Virus genome (UHGV): UHGV-0191814
Direction: 5' to 3' (one strand)
DNA: 51,186 bases
DNA from: a virus
Part shown: piece after piece, positions 1 through 7,624 of the stretch
Position numbering within the stretch: position 1 is the stretch's first letter
How the letters are laid out: each line of letters starts with the position of its first letter
The notes under the pieces: model-generated
Seen by the model: only the letters and a program-made list of their open reading frames with translations
Told to the model about the DNA's origin: nothing
Databases searched by the model: none
Translations under genes and position numbers: made by a program

Positions 1-1021
1 TTGTAAGCTCAGAACGGTCGCCTATTTCAGCTTTATTCGCATCGGCGTGTGCGTCCACTTCGTTTATAGCACCGACGAGCGTGTCTTTATGCTCTGTCGT
101 CAGCTGCGTCATATCGCCGATCTTCGCATATAGGTCGGCAATCTTGTTCGTTATTGCTGTTGAGACGTTCAACACGCCGCGGAAGTCGACCTGTAACGTC
201 TGGCCGACGATAATGCCACCGAGTTGTTCGGCCGTTGCGATATAGACAGGCGGTAACGCGATACTCGTCACGTTGCCCGTTGTAATCTCGTTCGCCGTAG
301 CGTTCGTCACGGATTCCTCAGAGCACGGCTTGATGTAGTATATCCTTCGAATCGGTTCGCCGTGTACTCTCGCAATCGGGCTGTCGCTCAGAATGAGTTT
401 CTGCGGACCGAACAAATCTTGTTTCAGCGTGACGTTCTTCAAGAATCCGTCGAAGTCAGTTACCATAGTAGCGTTTTCACCTTCGCCTTGCTGGAACTGA
501 ATCGGCGACGTCGAATCGAGCAGCGTTATCGAATACGTGTACGTACCCGGTGACAACCTATCAGTGAACGCCGGTTCGAAAACCAGAGGTACAGCAAACG
601 CATACTCACGTTTCGTAAGGCCGATAGGATATACCGGAGGCGTAGTTGTCGGTACGACGAACATATACTTCTTATTCGCAAGAACCTTGTATATGATTCC
701 TGTGTCAAGCACAGACTCCTCCGTGTTTACCGTCTTACTCTTCGGATAGAAGCCGCCGTGAATTCGCATTTGACCGTCAGCGTTCTGAGTGCCGTAGCCG
801 TAATACGTATAGTCCTCGATCGGCATATACTCTTCGATGAGCATATTGCTGTTCAAGTCGTTCGCGTCCGTTTCCGCCTTGACCGAAAATACAATCGTCG
901 GATTCTTCATACCGATAGGCAAAGCGAACGGCGTATCGTCGCGGTTTAGTATCGACAACAGTACGACGCCCGAGTCGCCTCGGTTCATCGTTATTGTCTT
1001 GTTAGTGTAGAAAATCGACAT
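1..1021 (-). CDS. 5' part of a large virion/tail-fibre-like protein. ATG at 1021, no stop before the window start. Likely continuous with 48188..51186 if the sequence is circular.
   Basis: ATG at 1021-1019 preceded by GGAGGA RBS (revcomp of 1027-1036). Open frame to position 1. C-terminal window-proximal part encodes ...TLVGAINEVDAHADANKAEIGDRSELT, a motif repeated at the N-terminus of ORF 48188..51186. Plus-strand ORFs 362-949 are antisense shadows. Confidence 0.6.
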   Translation of the reverse strand, partial: MSIFYTNKTITMNRGDSGVVLLSILNRDDTPFALPIGMKNPTIVFSVKAETDANDLNSNMLIEEYMPIEDYTYYGYGTQNADGQMRIHGGFYPKSKTVNTEESVLDTGIIYKVLANKKYMFVVPTTTPPVYPIGLTKREYAFAVPLVFEPAFTDRLSPGTYTYSITLLDSTSPIQFQQGEGENATMVTDFDGFLKNVTLKQDLFGPQKLILSDSPIARVHGEPIRRIYYIKPCSEESVTNATANEITTGNVTSIALPPVYIATAEQLGGIIVGQTLQVDFRGVLNVSTAITNKIADLYAKIGDMTQLTTEHKDTLVGAINEVDAHADANKAEIGDRSELT

Positions 1022-1024
1022 TCT

Positions 1025-2917
1025 TTATCCTCCAATCATATTTTGAAGTTCGTTGTACATTGCTTGCTTCGCCGCCTCGTCGTCAGCTTTAGTGCTCGCC
1101 GCACTTTGCTCGCCGTTTCCACCCGCAGGAGCCGCGGTCTGAGCTTTCTTGCCCATCTCTACGGCTTTCGCAACCTGCTGCTGCATTATACCGAATCGTT
1201 CCGTAATGTCCTGCAGACACAGTTTAGCAAGCGGGTAATTGAGTTCCTTCATAATCTTCCAGTACAGCATCTGCGTTCTGGGGTCTTGCGGGTTGCCCAT
1301 CGTACCACCGACGAAATTATTAGTCGTCTCACGCCACATCGCCTCGCGCGACGTATACAGCACAGAGGCCGTATCGACAGAGAACATAAAGCTGTCGTCG
1401 TAGTACAGATTTCCGACGTCGCCGTCCAAGAAGTTGTACCTGCTGATCGACGCATTTGTTATCGACCCGTCGGTGTCGTCGATGACGAATGTCTCGTTGT
1501 TGTCGCAATACGCTAAGAAGAAGTGGAACATCATCTCGTACAGGTCGGCGTACGCAGCGTCTTTCATCTTACGTTTGCTCTCCATACGACCTGCGGCTTG
1601 CGCAGCGCTTATTTCTTTCGCCTTTCCACTCTCAGCGGTCGGGTCGCGCTTGCCTTGGTACGAGTCGGTTATACCGAGTGACGCTCTGCCGTACTGATAC
1701 ACGCGGTCGGCAAGGATGTCGTCTTGCTGAATGCTCGCTTGCAAGTTCTGCACGCGTATCGCGTCAGCCCATTTCGGGTCTTTCAATCTCACGACTTTCA
1801 ACGTCTCGTTCGTGAGCTTCATATTCATCTTTTCAGGCATAGTGATGATACTACCGGCCTTCAAGATATTCTGTTCAATCTTAGTTAAGATGTTGTTCGA
1901 CGACAGTTGCGTCTCGGTCAAGATGTCGACGTCCGACACGCCGTAAGGTGAGTCAACTCGACTTATATTTACACGCATAACGAGCGGGATGCGTCGGAGC
2001 GCGTAATATTTCACCTTGTCGCCTTTCTTAGCGAGCAACAGTCTGGGTTTCGTCGGGTCTGTCGGGTCGCCTTTCACGACGTCGTCTTCGAGCGTTTCTT
2101 CTCTGACGCTCTTCTCGGTAAATTCCGTCGATCCGCATATCGGGCAGACGTCTTCGTCCGTTGCGTAGCCGCACTGCTTACAGACGCGCTGGCGTCTCGA
2201 CTCGAAGTCTCTATCGTCGAAGATTACAAAGTCGGTGTTCTCAGCCCACGTGAGGCGGCATACGTAGCCGTCGCGGTCGTAGTACCAACACGTAATCATG
2301 TCGACCATACCTTTATAGTTAGGACTTTCAGGTGGTATTTTACCGGTCAAGTTGTAGATTTTCATCATACTCTCGCGGCTGAACACAAACGCGTACTCGA
2401 TTTTCTTGAAGTCGCGTACGCCGGGCTGCAACCAGACGTCCTGAATCGGGCGGTCAACAACCGTTATAGCACCGACGTTCTTTCCGTGGCGTACGGTGTC
2501 GTCCCAGCCAACTTCATAGAAGTGTGACCCTTGGACCAACACGCCTCGTTCGATGCGGTCGTTCATCGTCTCGCTGTCAAGGCGGTCCATCTCGTTTCTG
2601 AGCATCGATTCAAGGTCGTGGGCAAGGTCTTGTTTGTCAGCGTCCGACGGCGTTATTTTAGGTTGCGGTATAGCGTTGTTGATTTGCGTTTCGATCAATT
2701 CGAAGCACATGTTACGCAAGCACTTCGTCCCGCTTTTCTCAGCTGTCTCGCCTTTATACAGATTCTCGCGCACTTTCAGCTTGTCGTCAACGAGCGGGCG
2801 GCGTTTAGCCCTCGCGTCGTCGAACAACATCTGCCAGTAGCGCAGACGGTCCTGTAAGTCCCCCGACATCGGAGGAAACTGGTATTGTGTTTCTTTTTTC
2901 TTCATTCTTACCTCCAC
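1025..2917 (-). CDS. portal-like protein (630 aa) with an embedded CxxC...CxxC zinc ribbon
   Basis: Sits directly downstream of TerL in the packaging operon. Size and acidic C-terminus fit a portal. CKQCGY...CPICGS motif encoded around 2095-2175. The portal call is positional, not motif-based. Confidence 0.45.
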   Translation of the reverse strand: MEVRMKKKETQYQFPPMSGDLQDRLRYWQMLFDDARAKRRPLVDDKLKVRENLYKGETAEKSGTKCLRNMCFELIETQINNAIPQPKITPSDADKQDLAHDLESMLRNEMDRLDSETMNDRIERGVLVQGSHFYEVGWDDTVRHGKNVGAITVVDRPIQDVWLQPGVRDFKKIEYAFVFSRESMMKIYNLTGKIPPESPNYKGMVDMITCWYYDRDGYVCRLTWAENTDFVIFDDRDFESRRQRVCKQCGYATDEDVCPICGSTEFTEKSVREETLEDDVVKGDPTDPTKPRLLLAKKGDKVKYYALRRIPLVMRVNISRVDSPYGVSDVDILTETQLSSNNILTKIEQNILKAGSIITMPEKMNMKLTNETLKVVRLKDPKWADAIRVQNLQASIQQDDILADRVYQYGRASLGITDSYQGKRDPTAESGKAKEISAAQAAGRMESKRKMKDAAYADLYEMMFHFFLAYCDNNETFVIDDTDGSITNASISRYNFLDGDVGNLYYDDSFMFSVDTASVLYTSREAMWRETTNNFVGGTMGNPQDPRTQMLYWKIMKELNYPLAKLCLQDITERFGIMQQQVAKAVEMGKKAQTAAPAGGNGEQSAASTKADDEAAKQAMYNELQNMIGG

Positions 2918-2953
2918 TATCTACAACAGTAGAAATTAAAAGGGAACTAACAT

Positions 2954-4501
2954 TTACCTCCACTCAACGGGGTATTTCCATTCTTTGAGTAGTTGTGATT
3001 TGAGTGCGTCGTCCGCTGCCTCGAAGTCTTGGTACATGTCGGGCGTCCAGACGCTGTACTCGCGCGTTACTTTCTCGCTTACCGGAGCTCCAATGATAGA
3101 CAATCTGTTCAGCGCTTGCGTAAACGCGTCAACGGTGTCGTCGTGCTGTCCCGCCGGGAACGCCGACGCCTCGTCAATCAACTCGTAGGCCCACGGCTCG
3201 TAGGGCAGATACACGTGTTTCGTTTCCTGTATGTACGATACCGCCGCCGCTCTGGACAGTTTGCCGCCTTCAGGGTTGACGGGTATGATATTGTCGAATT
3301 CTTGCGACAACATGTCGATAGCCGCCGACCCGTTCGCCTTATCTTCTATGTACACCGCGTCTAGTTCGGGGTGCGACGTGATATACTCTCTGAGCACTGT
3401 AATCATCTCAGTGAACGACAGGCGGCGTCTAGTGCCCCAAATACCGTAGTAGTCGTTCGCACGCTTACCCCAGTGTTGTATAGCGACGAAGTCGCTTGTC
3501 TCGCTTTTCTTGAACGCCGCGTCGACGGACAAGACGTTATATACTTGTTCCGGCAAGTCCTCGTAGAACTGCCAGTTTTCTTTTAAGAAGATGTTACCCG
3601 AGTTAAGCACGGGGTTGCCTTGGAACAACGCGTTCCACGCACGCTCGCCGTTCTCGGTTACGTACGTTGTTTTATAGTCTTTGAGCCACGCGGCGCCTTT
3701 ACCAATCTCAGGGCACAGGGGTGCGCCTACCGGTCTCCCCATCGGGTCGTTCTCTTCTGCCTCGCACGGCAGGTTCAGCACTTCCACGTTCGGGAATGAC
3801 CGCTTGATATGACCAAACAAGTCGTCCTCGTGCCACCGCGTCTGTATGACGATAATCTTACCGTGTGGCGCGATACGTGTCAGGATTGACGCGTAGAACT
3901 CATCTAAGATAGCAGCGCGCGTCGTCTCCGACATCGCCTCTTGCATGTTTTTCGTCGGGTCGTCGATTATGAACAAGTCCGCCGGGTTACCAGTAATACC
4001 TGACAAGATACCTCTACTGATGCAGCGCCCGCCCTCGACAGACTCGAACTCAGTATTCGTCCACGGCGCTTCGGCCGGGTGGAACTCGGGAAACAGTCTC
4101 GGCCCGTAGTCCTCGAGTTTCCTCAGGTTACGTCTGCCGAATCGTTTCGCGAAGTCCTCTGAGTAACCGGCAATAATTACCGACTTGTCGGGGTGATTCC
4201 CAAGGTACCACGACGGCAACGTCTCAGTCAAGCTACGCGACTTACCGTGCTGTGGCGGGGTCGATATAAGTAGTACGTCGAACGCCGCGCTTCCTTTCTT
4301 GTTCAGAAATTCTTGCACTTTGTTACACAGAAACCTGTGAAACGCCGTATCAATAAAACCCTGGTTCGAATACAAGACGTACTTATAATAGGACTTCCGC
4401 GCTTCACGTACGGCAAGCTCCTCTCTGATCTGCTCGACCGATGCACATTGATCGATGCCCAAGGTTCTAAGCGCGGCGGCCGTCGTACTATTGTTATTCA
4501 T
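2954..4501 (-). CDS. terL: terminase large subunit
   Basis: Walker A (STPPQHGKS), Walker B (LFIIDDP), the TRWHEDDL motif (IQTRWHEDDLFG), and C-terminal nuclease motifs (VLSVDAAFK, IEDKANG). Start overlaps the upstream gene (ATGA-type coupling at 4494/4501). Confidence 0.9.
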   Translation of the reverse strand: MNNNSTTAAALRTLGIDQCASVEQIREELAVREARKSYYKYVLYSNQGFIDTAFHRFLCNKVQEFLNKKGSAAFDVLLISTPPQHGKSRSLTETLPSWYLGNHPDKSVIIAGYSEDFAKRFGRRNLRKLEDYGPRLFPEFHPAEAPWTNTEFESVEGGRCISRGILSGITGNPADLFIIDDPTKNMQEAMSETTRAAILDEFYASILTRIAPHGKIIVIQTRWHEDDLFGHIKRSFPNVEVLNLPCEAEENDPMGRPVGAPLCPEIGKGAAWLKDYKTTYVTENGERAWNALFQGNPVLNSGNIFLKENWQFYEDLPEQVYNVLSVDAAFKKSETSDFVAIQHWGKRANDYYGIWGTRRRLSFTEMITVLREYITSHPELDAVYIEDKANGSAAIDMLSQEFDNIIPVNPEGGKLSRAAAVSYIQETKHVYLPYEPWAYELIDEASAFPAGQHDDTVDAFTQALNRLSIIGAPVSEKVTREYSVWTPDMYQDFEAADDALKSQLLKEWKYPVEWR

Positions 4502-5219
4502 TACTTACCTCTTCGGGCAGTGCTCCTTGCTCGGGGTTCAATGCTTGCAGCAACGTCAACAGTTGTGTGTCCGTCAGTGACGCCAAGCCCTGCGTTTTAT
4601 GTTCCACAGTGACGTCGGTCTGCGGCTTGTAACCAGCCGTATCTCGCAAGAATTCCGCCGCTCTCGTGTCGCTATCGTCTATCGCCTTCGCAAATTGCCC
4701 CAATATAACAAGCTCCGATAACGAACACACGTCTTCCTCTAACATCTGCGCGAGGCCCTTTGCTTTCGACTCGTCAGACAACAAGTTCAACGGTATCTGC
4801 CTATCGGACAATTCTCTGACAATCGTTCTGTAATGCCTCTGCGACGACCCCGATATGAAATCAGCCATCTTTCCTTGCAACGCCTTAACAACATTCGTTT
4901 GTCTCTGCTCTGCACTCGGAGCGACCGCTAAGGGAGCCTCTTCATGCACCGGGTAGGGTGGGGGAAACTCGTCGGAAGGGCAAGTGAACTCGTCGTCGGT
5001 GACGGCGTAAGTAGCTTTTGGTTGGGCATTCGGTGAAAATGTGGTAGTGCCCGAGGGGCAATGCCCCTCAGGCGATGGAGAAAGAGAAGACACCGTGGGA
5101 AACGATGCAAGTGAGTTAGGTTGTGAAGGACGAGACGTGAGGTCCGTCATATGGGGTACGGAGTCCATTGTATGAGGAATGGGACGCGTTGCACGTGGCT
5201 CGTTGTTCGATGCTTCCAT
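4494..5219 (-). CDS. terminase small subunit candidate with a Ser/Pro/Thr-rich low-complexity N-terminal ~110 aa
   Basis: Immediately upstream of and translationally coupled to TerL. C-terminal half is helical with an ...EFLRDTAGYKP... segment reminiscent of the TerS HTH region. The N-terminus is unusual low complexity, and an internal Met (MADFIS...) could be the true start. Confidence 0.4.
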   Translation of the reverse strand: MEASNNEPRATRPIPHTMDSVPHMTDLTSRPSQPNSLASFPTVSSLSPSPEGHCPSGTTTFSPNAQPKATYAVTDDEFTCPSDEFPPPYPVHEEAPLAVAPSAEQRQTNVVKALQGKMADFISGSSQRHYRTIVRELSDRQIPLNLLSDESKAKGLAQMLEEDVCSLSELVILGQFAKAIDDSDTRAAEFLRDTAGYKPQTDVTVEHKTQGLASLTDTQLLTLLQALNPEQGALPEEVSNE

Positions 5220-5220
5220 A

Positions 5221-5236
5221 TACTATATATAGCAAG
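5221..5236 (-). promoter_or_regulatory. palindromic TATA-rich motif (CTTGCTATATATAGTA) abutting the TerS start
   Basis: 10-bp perfect palindrome CTATATATAG at 5223-5232. Shares (A/T)GCTATATA with the 42804 motif on the minus strand. Confidence 0.4.
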
Positions 5237-5382
5237 TAATGGGCAATGCACGTCATCAAAAAGTCAAAAAATTGCAAAATATTTCAACAAAATAATTAAT
5301 AAAGGCATACTGCCAAAGGCCGGGTGTGGGTGGTTTTTATTTTATTTGAAAATCTCAACGCGAAAACCGATGTTGCAGGGGG

Positions 5383-5404
5383 AGGGGTGAATCCCCTTTT
5401 CTGC
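5383..5404 (+). terminator. orphan hairpin plus T-tract (AGGGG-tgaat-CCCCT TTT) in the divergent intergenic region
   Basis: 5-bp GC stem, 5-nt loop, followed by TTTcTgcccTTT. No plus-strand gene upstream. Confidence 0.3.
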
Positions 5405-5648
5405 CCTTTGTGGCCCATAGAGCCGCGAGGTTTCACTAGGAATGGCGAAAGCCCTTTGTTGATTCCACTGTCAGGGCCCCTATATAATTTGTCACTCTGT
5501 TTGAATTTACCAGGTTTCTATTTATATTTATAAAGGCATTTATATTTATATTCATATCCATATTTATTTTTGTATGCTGCAGGCGCAAAGCGCTAGTCGA
5601 CGTGATATGTCGTATGTATAATGCGTTTGCGTATACGCGGTTGCGGCG

Positions 5649-5666
5649 AAAATTGTATTGAAAAAT
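5649..5666 (+). promoter_or_regulatory. conserved early motif AAAATTGTATTGAAAAAT (copy 1 of 4)
   Basis: The same 17-18-nt motif recurs at 6449, 7974 and 14860, all on the plus strand. Three of the four sit upstream of paralogous genes. Confidence 0.5.
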
Positions 5667-5717
5667 ATAAAATGTCGGAAACGACAGAAATAAAATATTC
5701 TTTTGGAGGTATCAACC

Positions 5718-6170
5718 ATGAAAACTATGACAATCCAAGTCAACACCACTACTCGTAAAGCAGTCGTTGAAGTCGACGGGGGCGCGCCCGTTGTATGTTC
5801 CCTTAAGAAAGAGGGTAATGAAACCTACTCTGTAGTCCTGAAAGATAAAATCGAATGGCCTACTAAGTACTATAACATTGGCGCGTTAGGCGAAGACCGA
5901 GTTATTACAACCAATGATGTTGATTGCAAAGCTCGCAAAACGACTCGCAAAGAGCTGACAGACAACAATCCGCACAAGATTCGTGTTGCGTCTATCTCAA
6001 GACGTCTTATGGAAGACTCAGAAGTTCTGAGAACAATCGAAGGCGTGACTGAAGACGAAGTATACTTCATAGTAAACTTAGCTGCACGACTCGAACAAAC
6101 CGCTGCACAAGCTCGCATAAAGGACCAGATTGAAAAACTGAAAGCTGAGCTTGAAAAACTGGGGGGCTGA
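5718..6170 (+). CDS. paralog family member 1: small protein with a conserved N-domain and a coiled-coil C-terminus
   Basis: ATG 5718 with GGAGG RBS at 5705-5709 (the ORF track used TTG at 5703). N-domain ...RKAVVEVDGGAPVVCSLKKEGNETYSVVLKDKIEWPTKYYNIG is conserved in the 6502 and 15094 genes. C-terminus IEKLKAELEKL is heptad-like. Confidence 0.75.
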   Translation: MKTMTIQVNTTTRKAVVEVDGGAPVVCSLKKEGNETYSVVLKDKIEWPTKYYNIGALGEDRVITTNDVDCKARKTTRKELTDNNPHKIRVASISRRLMEDSEVLRTIEGVTEDEVYFIVNLAARLEQTAAQARIKDQIEKLKAELEKLGG

Positions 6171-6187
6171 TGCCTCCCTTTTTTTAT
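6161..6187 (+). terminator. rho-independent terminator (GGGGGGC-tgat-GCCTCCC plus T7)
   Basis: 7-bp stem including one GU pair. The stop codon of the 5718 gene lies in the loop. T-run at 6179-6185. Confidence 0.6.
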
Positions 6188-6196
6188 GCCTCACGG

Positions 6197-6426
6197 CGCA
6201 GCACTAAACTCGCGGCACTACGCTCGCAGCACTAAGTACGGCGGTCTTCGAACAGAGGGCCGCCGTATTTTTTATTTTTTATTTTGCCCGAAGGGTGAAG
6301 CACTGGTCGCGCAGCACTAAGCCCGCAGCACTAAGCCCGCAGTACTACGCTCGTTATTCCCGAAGCGCACGGCACTGGTCGCGGGCCCATACCCAACGCT
6401 CGCAGCACTAAGCTCGCAGCACTTTG
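6197..6426 (+). repeat. array of ~8 direct repeats of CGCAGCACTA(A/C)G, plus two copies of CCCGAAG.G..CACTGGTCGCG
   Basis: Units at 6198, 6211, 6224, 6310, 6324, 6338, 6401 and 6415. 25-bp repeat at 6287-6311 and 6359-6383. Non-coding. Confidence 0.7.
6238..6285 (+). terminator. strong rho-independent terminator (ACGGCGG...CCGCCGT then TATTTTTTATTTTTTATTTT)
   Basis: Perfect 7-bp stem 6238-6244 / 6260-6266 with a long T-tract. Embedded inside the repeat array. Confidence 0.65.
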
Positions 6427-6448
6427 CTCGTCAAATCACGTCTCAACG

Positions 6449-6465
6449 AAAATTGTATCAAAAAT
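6449..6465 (+). promoter_or_regulatory. conserved early motif AAAATTGTATCAAAAAT (copy 2)
   Basis: See 5649. Confidence 0.5.
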
Positions 6466-6501
6466 CAGATAATACAAAAATAAAACTTGGAGGACAAGAA
6501 A

Positions 6502-7044
6502 ATGTCGAAACTTGTAATCGAAATCAATGGCGAAAGCCGCAAAGCTGTAGTAACAAAAGACGCAGAGGCGTCCGTAATCTGTTCTTTGAAAAAAGAAAGC
6601 AATGAATCTTATTCCGTTGTCTTAAAAGGCAAAGTGGAATGGCCTACGAAGTTCTATAATATTGGTCGAGACTTAACAGACCGTGTTATAGAGGTTGACG
6701 AAGAAGAGGCATTGCGCAGAAAATCAGGCAGTAGCGCGAATTCCGACGGTTCGAGTGCCGTGAAATCAACTCTCAGCGCAAAGAACGTTGCAAAACGCCT
6801 GATAGACGCGAAGTCTGTGCTCGTTGAAGAAGGCCTCGTGAACGATGAAGAGGCGGAAATGCTCGAAAAGCTGATTGACAAGCTTGTAGCGAATCAAGAA
6901 CAGTTGGCTCAAAAGGCTAAAATCGAGAAATTACGTGCGGAAATCGCTAAACTCGAGGCTGAGGCCGCTGTATTCGAGTCGCAACCCGCTGAACAAAGCG
7001 ACGAAGAGCCGGCAAAACGTGGCAAGAAAGCGAAGAACAAATGA
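6502..7044 (+). CDS. paralog family member 2 (conserved N-domain, acidic linker, coiled-coil C-terminus)
   Basis: ATG 6502 with GGAGG RBS. ...RKAVVTKDAEASVICSLKKESNESYSVVLKGKVEWPTKFYNIG... C-terminus IEKLRAEIAKLEAE. Confidence 0.75.
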   Translation: MSKLVIEINGESRKAVVTKDAEASVICSLKKESNESYSVVLKGKVEWPTKFYNIGRDLTDRVIEVDEEEALRRKSGSSANSDGSSAVKSTLSAKNVAKRLIDAKSVLVEEGLVNDEEAEMLEKLIDKLVANQEQLAQKAKIEKLRAEIAKLEAEAAVFESQPAEQSDEEPAKRGKKAKNK

Positions 7045-7111
7045 CAATCAAACGGCGATACGAAGGACGGTGCCCATTGTGGTGCCGTCTTTTCATGTTC
7101 TGCATTTAAGA

Positions 7112-7144
7112 GAATAACTCGACACGCTTATTCGCGCGTCTCGA
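7112..7144 (+). repeat. 33-bp direct repeat, copy A1 (GAATAACTCGACACGCTTATTCGCGCGTCTCGA), with an internal inverted repeat
   Basis: Identical copy at 7291-7323. Contains TCGACACGC...GCGTCTCGA inverted repeat (one mismatch). Confidence 0.7.
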
Positions 7145-7290
7145 TCGACGAACTTTGCCCCCTGTGCAGCGCGCGATGGGCAGTGTAAAATGTTTCGCGT
7201 GAAACAATCATCACTCAATGCACAACGGTCCACGCTCAATACTCATCGGTCAACGTTCGTTGTTTATTGTCCCTATCCCGCAGGTCGAGG

Positions 7291-7323
7291 GAATAACTCG
7301 ACACGCTTATTCGCGCGTCTCGA
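7291..7323 (+). repeat. 33-bp direct repeat, copy A2
   Basis: Perfect match to 7112-7144. Followed by AGCACTAAAATC, which resembles the CGCAGCACTAAG unit. Confidence 0.7.
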
Positions 7324-7397
7324 AGCACTAAAATCGGTGGTCGATGTTCCGCGTGAAACAATTTGAGACAAAGGGACACTCTTCAAAGAACAATGCA

Positions 7398-7434
7398 CGA
7401 TGGGCAATGCTCAGCGTTCGATGGGCAATGCTCA
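7398..7434 (+). repeat. tandem CGATGGGCAATGCTCA x2 (a related copy CGATGGGCAGTGTAAA at 7174); also TTCGCGTGAAACAAT at 7194 and 7347
   Basis: Read directly: 7398-7413 and 7419-7434 are identical. Confidence 0.65.
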
Positions 7435-7624
7435 ACAAAACATGAATCATTATTCATGTTTCAACAGGCAATGAAACGTGAACAATATTTCATATTTGAG
7501 GAACAACAAACAAGGCACTGGACTCAGTGGTCGGTGGGCAGAGTGCAATGCAAAGATATGTCAACAATGCGTGATTAACAAACTCAATCATTTTGATTAA
7601 GAAACTTAATCATACTATACGTCG

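Noticed and set aside
362-949. Plus-strand ORFs of 63-70 aa at 362-553, 537-749 and 758-949
   Set aside because: They lie antisense within the long minus-strand gene 1..1021 and lack RBSs, so they are shadow ORFs. The same applies to the many short opposite-strand ORFs inside the terminase, portal, giant, capsid and fibre genes.
5151-5533. Plus-strand ORFs 5151-5390 and 5324-5533
   Set aside because: They overlap the TerS start on the opposite strand and the intergenic terminator. They have no RBS and low-complexity sequence.
6197-6426. Possible CRISPR array
   Set aside because: Repeat units are only ~12 bp and abut each other without spacers of defined length. There are no cas genes. It is an iteron or operator-like array instead.
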